Part shown: one piece after another, positions 20,154 through 28,923 of the stretch
How the letters are laid out: every line of letters starts with the position of its first letter
Numbering within the stretch: position 1 is the stretch's first letter
Origin: Chloroflexota bacterium
GTDB taxonomy: Bacteria > Chloroflexota > UBA11872 > VXOZ01
Length of the DNA stretch: 64,000 nt
NCBI GenBank assembly: GCA_964291655.2
Contig: OZ219802.1
Span: 1,856,001-1,920,000, forward strand
Reading direction: 5' to 3'
Position numbers and translations under genes: made by a program
The notes under the pieces: generated by a model
Told to the model about the DNA's origin: nothing
Database searches by the model: none
Seen by the model: the letters and a program-made list of their open reading frames with translations, nothing else

Positions 20154-20525
20154 ATGCTCGATAGGAAGCAGATCGAACAGGTAGCGGCGAACCGGGAGCG
20201 GATCCGGCAAGGGCGGCTGCGCACGGTCACACTGATCCGCACCAGCAGCGGCGCCACCACCTACGCCGCGGCACAGTGCACCTGGAAAGAGGAGCACAGC
20301 ACCGCTTCCGGCGCGGCAAATCAGTTACGCCGCAGCAGCAGCGGGCCTGACGTTTCAGCAGAGTTCGGCGCGGATGCCGACCTTTCCACTGTTGTGGCCA
20401 TTGCCGACACGCCGGATCGCGCGCAGGTGGCCGGCGCACGCAAGTATCGTGTGCTGGAACACCTGAGTCTAGGGTTGACCGGTACACCAAACCGCATTCT
20501 CGTCAAGCTTGTAGAGATAAGGTAA
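20154..20525 (+). CDS. Putative head-closure (stopper) protein
   Basis: 123 aa, beta-rich, RTVTLIR..KYRVLE; position after the adaptor; RBS GGAG. Confidence 0.5.
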   Translation: MLDRKQIEQVAANRERIRQGRLRTVTLIRTSSGATTYAAAQCTWKEEHSTASGAANQLRRSSSGPDVSAEFGADADLSTVVAIADTPDRAQVAGARKYRVLEHLSLGLTGTPNRILVKLVEIR

Positions 20526-20530
20526 AGCCC

Positions 20531-20938
20531 ATGCCAACCGTCGGTGAAGATTGCTCCGTGATTCTGGATGGAAACGGTTATTTCGTAAAGCCCGGTTCAT
20601 ATCGTATTGAGGTGCCAAAGATCATGGCAGCCGAGCCGGATGCCGCCGCCGGGCCGGCGGCAGTCAATCTGGGGGCGGGCAAACAAGTGTGGCATTTCAC
20701 CGCGCTTGCCTACACCAACCACCTCAACCACAACGGCACGGTGAATACCACAACCGCCGATTCCTACCGCGCAAACTTGCGGGCTACCCACGCGAAGTCC
20801 GAGGCGCTCTCGTTCACCGACCGCCTCGGAACCGCGCATACCGTGCACGTGCTCACGCTGGAGGAGCGGATTGCGGAAGCTGCGGGGTTTTGGGAGCAGC
20901 CGGAGTGGGAGATTGCGGTAACGCTGGTGGAGGCGTGA
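20531..20938 (+). CDS. Putative tail/baseplate protein (Dit- or tube-like), paralog 1
   Basis: Beta-rich 135 aa; ends WEIAVTLVEA; similar to 21379..21816. Confidence 0.5.
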   Translation: MPTVGEDCSVILDGNGYFVKPGSYRIEVPKIMAAEPDAAAGPAAVNLGAGKQVWHFTALAYTNHLNHNGTVNTTTADSYRANLRATHAKSEALSFTDRLGTAHTVHVLTLEERIAEAAGFWEQPEWEIAVTLVEA

Positions 20939-21029
20939 TAGGCGAAGGACGATCGGCGGCAACTTACCGATCGCCTTTGCCGTACCGGGCCGCACACCGG
21001 AGATACGCACGAGGATCACCCGTCATTCG

Positions 21030-21258
21030 TGTATGTGTTGAGTAATTCGCTGACAAAACTTCTACTCACTGGACTGTGTCGAACGTACATGTCATTCCGA
21101 GCGAAGCGAGGAATCTAGAGTGCTGAGGCCGTGAAAGTGCGTTGAGCAGGGACCCTAGATTCCGCGAACAGTGTTCGACGCTGCGCTCGGTATGACATGC
21201 ACCGACAACTCTTCAGAATGGAGAGCGAATTCTGTCAACCAATTACTCAACACTTACA
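21030..21258. mobile_element. MITE with TGTAAGTGTTGAGTAATT..TTGACAGAA-type ends and REP cargo
   Basis: ~30 bp IRs; internal GTCATTCCGAGCG..GGAATCTAG REP pair; relatives at 36636, 37508, 47959. Confidence 0.7.
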
Positions 21259-21378
21259 GGAATGACAGTCGGCCGCTATCGCACCCATGTACATGAATGA
21301 TCTGCACAGACTGTTGCCGGATGCCCTGGGGCTTGCACGCTGCCAGGCAACAGCCACGAGGAAGGGAGAACATACCAC

Positions 21379-21816
21379 ATGCCAGCCATTGGGGTGGACT
21401 GCAACGTGACGCTCGCGAACGCCAGCATAAACGACGGCGCGCCGGTGGGATTCTATATAAAGCCCGGTACGTACACCATGACTCGACCCCGCCGCGCGCA
21501 GGCGCGTGAAACAGCGGGCGGCACGCTTTCTTACGTCGAAAGCGGCCTGGCGAAGCGCGAGTTTGGCTTCACGGTCCTCTGCCGCAGTAACATTCGCAAC
21601 CTGGACGGCACGACGAACGCAACCAAGGCGCGGCAGTGGCGCGACCGGCTCTGGGAATTCTACGAACGCCTGAACGAAAACCATACGTTCGTCGATCCGC
21701 TGGAAGATAGCTATGCAGTGCGCTTTGCCGCCTGCGAAGATCGGGTGATCCCCTTTGGCAAAGAGCAGTTGTGGGTGCTGGAGTGGGAGACCCGCGTCGT
21801 GTTGCAGGAGGTCTAG
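21379..21816 (+). CDS. Putative tail/baseplate protein (Dit- or tube-like), paralog 2
   Basis: MPAIGVDCNVTL..FYIKPGTY; FVDP; ends WETRVVLQEV; RBS GGGAG. Confidence 0.5.
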   Translation: MPAIGVDCNVTLANASINDGAPVGFYIKPGTYTMTRPRRAQARETAGGTLSYVESGLAKREFGFTVLCRSNIRNLDGTTNATKARQWRDRLWEFYERLNENHTFVDPLEDSYAVRFAACEDRVIPFGKEQLWVLEWETRVVLQEV

Positions 21817-22042
21817 CACCATTGTCCCGACGGATTCTTACCTTGTCCGTTCGCCCTGAGCCTGTCGAAGTGCAAGTCTAACAGAGCGATGTATGTACGA
21901 GACAAGTCCTAGGCTCCGAGCTTGTGCTCTCCCCCGCAGCAGACTCTTGGATTGCGCAGCCAGGTCAGGCGACGAGACGCCCTCTCCCAGGGGACCTTTA
22001 AGGGCCCCACCTGAAGGCGAGAAGTCTCCCTCTCCCTGGGGA

Positions 22043-22330
22043 TGTACAGACCGGGGACATAGGTAACAGTTGTTCGGGGACATGGGTTACACATTTTACT
22101 GATTGACACCTACGAGAGCATTGGGTTGGTCCGGGTTTGATAAGAGACTGGCGACACAGTGCACTCACTTTCCGCCTGTCAGCTTGTGCCAGAGAAACAA
22201 ACAGTGTGCATAAGGATATTGAGTGGATCTAACTTTCAAGGCAAGGACATCGCATACTACGAAAACCCCCTCGTTCTATGGTGTTACCTATGAGCCCGAA
22301 CAACTGTTACCCATGTCCCCGGTCTATACA
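22043..22330. mobile_element. Non-autonomous IS481-type MITE (288 bp)
   Basis: Ends TGTACAGACCGGGGACATAGGTAAC / GTTACCCATGTCCCCGGTCTATACA match IS481 copies A/B; no transposase; flanks GGGGA / GGGCA in the hairpin. Confidence 0.8.
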
Positions 22331-22391
22331 GGGCAGAGGGTTGGGGTGAGGGGAAACATCAGAGCAAAGCTATATTTGAAGGGAATTACCG

Positions 22392-24353
22392 ATGGCGCGT
22401 ACGTTGACTAAGACTCTCGCCGCGGCGGTAGACGCGCCGTCCCGGCAACCGGCCATGCAGTTTACGATGCGGGATGCGGCGCACCACTACGCGCTCTTTC
22501 GTTCCGATCCGCGCCCGGCCGCCGCCAACGCCTGTTTCGTGGATACGAGCGGCGCGCTCTGGCGCGTGGACGTTTCTACGGAACGGGGCGTCGTCGCCGC
22601 CACCGTTTCGTATCAGCGCATCACGGATCCCAGCCAGGAGAGCCAATGGGCTGCTTGGACTCCCTTACAGACACGCGCCACCGGGGCTGCGGGCGTAGCG
22701 GCGGGTGTCCTGCCGAACGGCGACGTGATGGTGGTCTACGTGACGTTCACCACCGTCTACCGCCGGACGAGCAGCGACGGCGGGACCACGTGGGAAGCCC
22801 CGGAGACGCTGTGGAATCCGCGAAAGATCGTGCGCGCGCTGTGTTACGGCGGCAACGGCAGCATATTCGTGGCGGCAGATAAGTCCGGCGGCGGTGTGAC
22901 GGTCTACCGGCTCAACGAATCCGACGGGAGTTGGCAGGCGGATGAATGGACCCATGGCACGTATTCGGCATGCGGGGGCATCGGCGGCGTATGGGACGGC
23001 ACGGCCTGGCATCTGGCGCTTTCGCTATGGGGCGGCGTGCCCGGCACCACGGGTACCTCTATTGTGGGCTGCCGCACCGACGGCGCGACGTGGGAGTCGC
23101 TGACGCCTATCGCGCGAGTGGATGACAGCACATCGCGGCGCAACCTGCTCAGTCCCACGGTCGAACAGTGGGAGCAGGAGTTTCGCGTGGCGTTCCTGGA
23201 ACGGGACCACGGCATCGTCTCGGGCCTCAATTTTGGGCGCTGGCGTTACTGCACGGCGCACACCTGGGGCATCTTCAGCGAAGCGACGCCGGTGGAAGAC
23301 GAATCCTTTGCCGGGTTCTGGTGGCTGCGGCAAGATGCCTCCCACTACTGGCTGTTGAACCAAGAGATCGCTCACCAATACGGCGGCTACGCGGCCACGA
23401 ATGCGGACCAGAATCTCGACGTGACGGCGCGTGTGCTGGACTTCAGGTGGGAAGAGGAAGCCAACGAAACCAGCAATGCGCGATTGCTCTTGGAAAATGC
23501 CGACCACGCGCTCGATAGCCGGCTTGGCAAGACGCTTCAGGCTGGCGCGACGCTGGACGTGCATTCCGGGTACGTGACGGGCAGCGGCGTCGAAACAGCG
23601 CCAATGGCGGAGCTTGTCGTGCAAGACATCACAATCCTGCCGGATAGCACGGTGCGGGTCGACGCTGCCGACGCGAGCGTGCACGCGCGCCGCCGCGTTG
23701 CGCAGACGTGGGCCTACAGCGGGCGGACCGTGCGCGCATTGCTCGCCGAGGCATGGTACCGCGCCGGCGCGCTGCGCATGACCGACGACGGCGATAGCCG
23801 CTTCGATCGGGTTCTGCCCGCTTTCGCCCTGCATGCCGGTCAAGCCTGGCAGACGATGCTGGACCGTCTCACCGCGCTGGACGGTCTCCAGTGGCGGATA
23901 GAAGCGGACGGCACCGTGCATTGCGGTTTTCCAGGCACGGACCAGACGGCTTGGACGTATGCCGGCTGGGAGTTTGTGGGCGAATGGCAGCAGCGCAACG
24001 GGGCTAACCACGTGCTGGTGCAGGGCACAGGTGTGCTGGGCGAGGCCTGGGACTGGGACGCGGTCCGTACACTCGGCAGCGCGCAAACGACGCTCGTCAC
24101 CGACAGTCAACTCACGCAGGCCGTTGATTGTCAAAACCGGGCGGAAGCCGTGCTCGCCGAGGCCCGCCGCGACAGCAAAGCCTACACCGTGGACGTGCCC
24201 TATAATTCGGCGCTCCAAATCGGTGACGTGATTGACTTTCAAACACCGGGCTTCGCCTATGGCAAGCTGCGCATCGCCCGCATCAGCCACCGTTTCACAC
24301 CGCACGAGGCGGAGTTCACGATGTCGCTGCAGTGCGGCGAATTAGAAGAGTAG
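22392..24353 (+). CDS. Putative baseplate hub/tail protein with N-terminal BNR (Asp-box) beta-propeller
   Basis: Asp-box SSDGGTTW; Trp/Gly-rich propeller-like half; C-terminal hub-like LDVTARV..ARLLLEN..NHVLVQG..LQIGDVI..RIARISH. Confidence 0.6.
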   Translation: MARTLTKTLAAAVDAPSRQPAMQFTMRDAAHHYALFRSDPRPAAANACFVDTSGALWRVDVSTERGVVAATVSYQRITDPSQESQWAAWTPLQTRATGAAGVAAGVLPNGDVMVVYVTFTTVYRRTSSDGGTTWEAPETLWNPRKIVRALCYGGNGSIFVAADKSGGGVTVYRLNESDGSWQADEWTHGTYSACGGIGGVWDGTAWHLALSLWGGVPGTTGTSIVGCRTDGATWESLTPIARVDDSTSRRNLLSPTVEQWEQEFRVAFLERDHGIVSGLNFGRWRYCTAHTWGIFSEATPVEDESFAGFWWLRQDASHYWLLNQEIAHQYGGYAATNADQNLDVTARVLDFRWEEEANETSNARLLLENADHALDSRLGKTLQAGATLDVHSGYVTGSGVETAPMAELVVQDITILPDSTVRVDAADASVHARRRVAQTWAYSGRTVRALLAEAWYRAGALRMTDDGDSRFDRVLPAFALHAGQAWQTMLDRLTALDGLQWRIEADGTVHCGFPGTDQTAWTYAGWEFVGEWQQRNGANHVLVQGTGVLGEAWDWDAVRTLGSAQTTLVTDSQLTQAVDCQNRAEAVLAEARRDSKAYTVDVPYNSALQIGDVIDFQTPGFAYGKLRIARISHRFTPHEAEFTMSLQCGELEE

Positions 24354-24370
24354 GCTGTGTTGAATCCACC

Positions 24371-25196
24371 TACCGGTAGGGGCGGTTCGCGAACCGCCCC
24401 TACTACAACCCCACGCAGGGGAGAACCCGATGCCCTACGCTCCGTGTTCGTCATACAGGCGCAGAGTCTGGCCCGAACCCGACTCAGTAATCATATGCGA
24501 CTGTAGCGCGGGGGCTTGTCCCCCGCATCCCTCCTTACAGTGACCCGGCAAACTGGTGTCAGGTACAGAAGGCCTGTGCGCGCTACGCGAACAACCGGTG
24601 CAGGTTGGCCTCGTCAGGAATGCAGACGTGGACAAGGGTACAGTTACTATCCGGTAGCGCAGGTTTGCAACCTGCGGCCCGGCAAAATCCATACCCATGC
24701 ACGCAAGAATCCATCCACCGTAGGGGCGGTTCGCGAACCGCCCCTACTACATCCCACGCAAGGGAGAACCCAAAGTGCTACGCTCCGTGTTCGTCATCCG
24801 GGCGCAGAGTCTGCCTCGAACCCGATTCAGGGCGGTTTGTGAACCGCCTCTACGTCTCAATCCGGCAGCGCAGGCCCTTCGACAAAACCTGTACTGAACT
24901 TGTCGAAGGGCTCATGACACGTTTGCACCCTGCGGCCTGGCAAAATCCATACCCATGCACGCAAGAATCTATCCACCGGTAGGGGCGGTTCGCGAACCGC
25001 CTCTACTGCATCCCACGCAAGGGAGAACCCGATGCCCTACGCTCCGTGCTCGTCATCCAGGCGCAGAGTCTGCCCCGATCCCGACTCAGGGCGGTTCGCG
25101 AACCGCCTCTACTGCATCCCACGCAGGGGAGAACCCGATGCTATACGCTCCGTGCTCGTCATCCAGGCGCAGAGTCTGCCCCGAACCCGATTCAGC
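24371..25196. repeat. REP/BIME array with four ~110 bp units
   Basis: GGGCGGTTCGCGAACCGCC..TAC followed by GGAGAACCC..TACGCTCCGTG..GCGCAGAGTCTG, near 24376, 24720, 24979, 25089. Confidence 0.85.
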
Positions 25197-25405
25197 GTAC
25201 CGAGACGGTGCTGGGCCGCAGCCCAGAGCTTGCCTACGGCGAGCACAGCGAATTGTGCGCTGCAGCCCTACTCGCGCGCTGTTGCGCGGCACATCAGCAA
25301 ATTAGATCGGTCTCACATAGGAATAACTTCGCCAGGAAAAGCCACACCGGTAGCTGCGTGAAGTCAACAGATATACGGTCCACCATTTGTAGAAAGGGGC
25401 AATCC

Positions 25406-25654
25406 ATGCCACAGCGAGCAGAAACGAGAGGCATCACACCCGGGTCCGCCTTGAGCGGCGTACTGCGGGCATTCGACGCGACGAACTGGCAGGCGGACGT
25501 ACAACTGACCGGCTCATTCCCCACGATTCTCACAGGCATCGCAGTAAATCGGGGGCTGGACGCCTCCGCAATCACCGTGGGCCAGCGCTGCATCGTCGTC
25601 TTCAACGACCTGCAGAACCCCAACGACGCCGTGCTCGTGGCGGTATATGTCTAG
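25406..25654 (+). CDS. Small OB-fold spike/baseplate-like protein (gpV N-terminal-like)
   Basis: GVLRAFDATNWQADVQL..VGQRCIVVF..PNDAVLVAV; RBS GAAAGGGG; follows the hub gene. Confidence 0.55.
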   Translation: MPQRAETRGITPGSALSGVLRAFDATNWQADVQLTGSFPTILTGIAVNRGLDASAITVGQRCIVVFNDLQNPNDAVLVAVYV

Positions 25655-26131
25655 AGGCTGTCAGGTTACGATGGCGAGCAGAGTTGCCATGCCCGCTGGC
25701 TCTCCTCCAATTGTGAGAGTGGTGCGCGTAGAGGTTACACGCAGACGGGCAGAGGCGCCATGCCTGTACGTGTCTGGAGATTCGAATCCAGATAGCGGAA
25801 CATCAAACGATAGGTAACAAAGTCCAAGTTTAGGCTGTCTTACGCGATAGGTTACTCCAACACGAGACGTGATTGCTCATGCATCAGAGGCGAACGTGGT
25901 AAGCGGCAGGAGAGCCGTCACTCCGGCGAATGCCGGAGTCCAGGGGGTGCAGCGAAGATGGATTCCGGCGCACGTCGGAATGACGGAGGTGAAGGTCTTC
26001 TGCCGGCAGTGGTTTAAATTGTAATGATTGAATTGTCAACAAAACAGTCAACACTCACAATTCCCACGCACGCCTCTCCCGCATTCGCCACGCCGAATCG
26101 ACACGAAACGGTGTGGGAAACAAGACGAGCG

Positions 26132-26434
26132 TTACGTTCGCACAGTTTGGCCGCTCTTGAGTGTTGGCAGAGTCTTAATAGCATTGCCTACTTTCTCCTC
26201 AGCCAGCCGCAGTTCGTAAAGCTTCTGGAGGTTCAGCCAAAACTCTGCGCTGGAGCCAAAGAAGTGGGCCAATCTGAGTGCTGTATCACCGGTAATTGCG
26301 CGCTGTCCGTTGAGAATGCTGGTGATGCGGTTGGTGGGCACATTTAGCTGTCGCGCAAGCGATGCGGCGCTCATTTCGAGCTCGCACAACTCCTCAGCGA
26401 GGTGCTCTCCCGGTTGAATAGCAGGCACAGTCAT
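26132..26434 (-). CDS. higA: HigA antitoxin
   Basis: QPGEHLAEEL, NRITSILNGQRAITGDTALRLAHFFGSSAEFWLNLQ. Confidence 0.92.
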   Translation of the reverse strand: MTVPAIQPGEHLAEELCELEMSAASLARQLNVPTNRITSILNGQRAITGDTALRLAHFFGSSAEFWLNLQKLYELRLAEEKVGNAIKTLPTLKSGQTVRT

Positions 26435-26448
26435 TCGCTTACTCCCTA

Positions 26449-26733
26449 CTAATGATAGTCGACCATCTCCACGCTGGTAGGTTCCCGCGAAGCCTGCCGC
26501 CACTCAAAGCAGATTCGCCATTGGTCGTTGATGCGAATGCTCTATTGGCCTTTGCGGTTTCCTTTCAGGGCTTCGAGCCGGTTGCCCGGCAATGCAGCAA
26601 TGTCCTCAAGAGAAGTTGCCGTCTCCAGACGGTCTAGTTTTAGCCGGGCGGCGCGTTCGATGCCGGAAAATGACCTAACACGCTTTCCAGCCGCAAAGTC
26701 CCTGGTTCGCTTGTCACGAAAGCTAATGATCAT
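26449..26733 (-). pseudogene. higB: HigB (RelE-fold) toxin with an in-frame TAG
   Basis: MIISFRDK..PGNRLEALKGNRKGQ*SIRINDQWRICFEW..VDYH; the stop at 26542-26544 replaces the usual Y/H. Confidence 0.85.
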
Positions 26734-27083
26734 TACCAGCAATGGGCTGAGTTATGCGTTACGTCACGGATAACGGTACCAGAAAAAGCCGCTACTGTAA
26801 AGAGGGCTGCGCGACTGCCGGGCAATTGCTTTACGCCAGCACTGGGTAGTTGATGAGTCGCAGCGTAAAGCGTGGCTCATCAAGATGGATATAGGGGTGG
26901 ATTACCGTCCCTGTCAACACAGTGGAGAGAGCCACTTCGCGGTACGTGGACAAGCCCCCGCGCTACGCTCTTCCGGTGCATTGTAGGGGAAGATACACGC
27001 CAACACACCCCTTTCGGTATCCCGCTATAGATGTGTTACCAACGGACCAAGTGCGCAAACGCGCCGCGGCCAAACCGGTGTCT

Positions 27084-28220
27084 CTATGCCTGCTTCAGTC
27101 CTGAATGGGACAGCAGCCCGCCTAAGGCACTCAGGAACGTGCGCACGTTATCCGGTTGCGCCACGTAGCCCATCAGGCCGACGCGCCAGATCTGGCCCAT
27201 CAGTGGGCCTAAGCCGCCGGCAATCTCGATGCCGTGCTCGGCCAAGAGGGCTTTGCGCACATCCAGGTCTTCAACGCCGTCGGGGATTCTGACGGTCGTC
27301 AGCATTGGCAGGCGGTGGCCTGCTGCCGCGACCAGCGAGAGGCCCATGCCTTCCAAGCCGGCCTTCAGCGCGTCGCCGCTCTGCTGATGGCGCGCAAAGC
27401 GGTTTTCGATGCCTTCCTCGTCCATCAGGTCGAGAGCAGCTTTCAGGCCGTAGACCAGCGTACTGGAGCATGTGTGGTGATAGAAGCCCTGCGCCGACCA
27501 GTACTGGTGCAGCGCCTCGACATCGTGGTACCACGTCGGCAGCGCCGCACTGCGCTCGGCCAGGCGCTCGCGGGCGCGGGCGCTGAACGTCAGCGGCGCG
27601 AGGCCCGAAATTGTGCCGACGCACTTCTGGCTGGCGCTATAGGCGGCGTCCACACCCCACGCATCTACCTGGACCGGCAGGCCGCCCAGCGTGGTTACCG
27701 CGTCCATGAGCACCAGTGCACCGTGCGCGTGGGCGGCATCCGCGATCTCCTGAATTGGCTGGCGGACGCCCGTCGACGTTTCGCCATGCACGATGCCGAC
27801 CACCTTGACCGCAGGGTGTGCTTGCAGAGCGTTCTTCACGTCGGCAGCGTCAATGGGCTCCCCCCACGGCGCGGTGACCTCCACTACCTCCGCGCCGAAG
27901 CGCTTGGCGAAGTCGGCCATGCGCGTGCCGAAGAAGCCGTTCACGCCCACGAGCATGGTATCGCCCGGCTCGATGAGATTTGCCAGGCACGACTCCATGC
28001 CGGAGAAACCGGTACCGGTGACAGCGAGTGTGAGTTCGTTCTCCGTGCCGAAGAGCCGCCGCAACTGCCCCGCCGTCTCCACGAGAAGCTCTTGGAATAC
28101 CGGATCGAGGTGTCCCAGCACCGGCTGTTGCAGCGCCGCCATGATCTGCGGATGCACGTTGGCCGGTCCCGGACCGAGCAGCCGCCGCTGTGGGAGGGTT
28201 CTTTGCGCCATGTTTGTCAT
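27084..28220 (-). CDS. Alanine-glyoxylate/serine-pyruvate aminotransferase (class V PLP)
   Basis: LLGPGP, HGETSTG, DAVTTLGG, SASQK (PLP Lys), YHHT, WRVGLMG. Confidence 0.92.
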   Translation of the reverse strand: MTNMAQRTLPQRRLLGPGPANVHPQIMAALQQPVLGHLDPVFQELLVETAGQLRRLFGTENELTLAVTGTGFSGMESCLANLIEPGDTMLVGVNGFFGTRMADFAKRFGAEVVEVTAPWGEPIDAADVKNALQAHPAVKVVGIVHGETSTGVRQPIQEIADAAHAHGALVLMDAVTTLGGLPVQVDAWGVDAAYSASQKCVGTISGLAPLTFSARARERLAERSAALPTWYHDVEALHQYWSAQGFYHHTCSSTLVYGLKAALDLMDEEGIENRFARHQQSGDALKAGLEGMGLSLVAAAGHRLPMLTTVRIPDGVEDLDVRKALLAEHGIEIAGGLGPLMGQIWRVGLMGYVAQPDNVRTFLSALGGLLSHSGLKQA

Positions 28221-28391
28221 TGAGTTTCGTCCTTCCGCTTATTCAGACTGAGGCTGATTGCGATGGTCTGCACCTTTGCTATAGTATCCTAAATCCCTCT
28301 CTCTGCTCCTGGGGAATTACGGGCGAACTATCCTGAAATGCCCCAAAGCGGCGCAACCCCATTGAGCTCCCCTTACGCCTCTCCCTGCAAG

Positions 28392-28575
28392 GAGACCTTT
28401 GCGAAACCTAAGGGGAAACGAGAGCGTTCCCTCTCCCTCGACGGGAGAGGGCTAGGGTGAGGGTGAATCTCCTGAAATCTCTCCATATGCACACCGATTC
28501 TGCCCTGATACGTATTGACACTGCACAGCGTAAAGGGCCATTGTCACAAAAGACCCCCTCACCCCAACCCTCTCC
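28392..28575. mobile_element. Partial GAGACCTTTGC-ended MITE (inverted relative of 2712-2899)
   Basis: Close reverse-complement match to 2716-2899. Confidence 0.65.
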
Positions 28576-28579
28576 TGGG

Positions 28580-28792
28580 GAGGCCGTCTCATAATTCCGC
28601 TACAGAGCACGGTAGGTAAAATGAGGAACGCAGCCAAGTGGCGGATTGTATTGACAGAGTGGTATAAGTGATGGAACCGTAGCTTGAAAGCTTGATGCGA
28701 TGCCCAGAAAGCAACTAAAGTCTATCTCAAGACCTCGCTTAGCCTCTCTGCACGGCAGTGTACCTCGGAATAGGCAATTATGAGACAGCCTC
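28580..28792. mobile_element. Non-autonomous IS1182-type MITE (213 bp)
   Basis: 17 bp IRs GAGGCCGTCTCATAATT / AATTATGAGACAGCCTC resemble the IS1182 ends; between CCCTCTCC and GGAGAGGG arms. Confidence 0.78.
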
Positions 28793-28923
28793 CTTGGGAG
28801 AGGGTCGGGCCGAGGGGATCCTCACTGCTCTCAATTCCACACTCCCAGGCGGCGATTACTCCATCTCCCAGGCAGCGATTACTCGCCCTTCCCAGGCTCC
28901 GAATACCCCCTCTCCTTGGGGAG

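Noticed and set aside
21165-21177. CGAACAGTGTTCG as an SOS box (also ~48040)
   Set aside because: The spacer is 3 rather than 4 nt and it lies inside a repeated MITE
9513-25196. Tandem arrays as CRISPR
   Set aside because: The intervening sequences are themselves repeated, units are 95-220 bp REP composites, and there are no cas genes
7306-25654. Intact temperate prophage, contractile injection system or encapsulin
   Set aside because: No integrase, replication genes or att sites; no sheath; terminase and portal indicate DNA packaging. A decaying prophage remains the main alternative to a GTA
25655-25915. Recurring AGGT(T/A)AC motif after the last tail gene
   Set aside because: Short and irregularly spaced; no IRs or ORF to support an element
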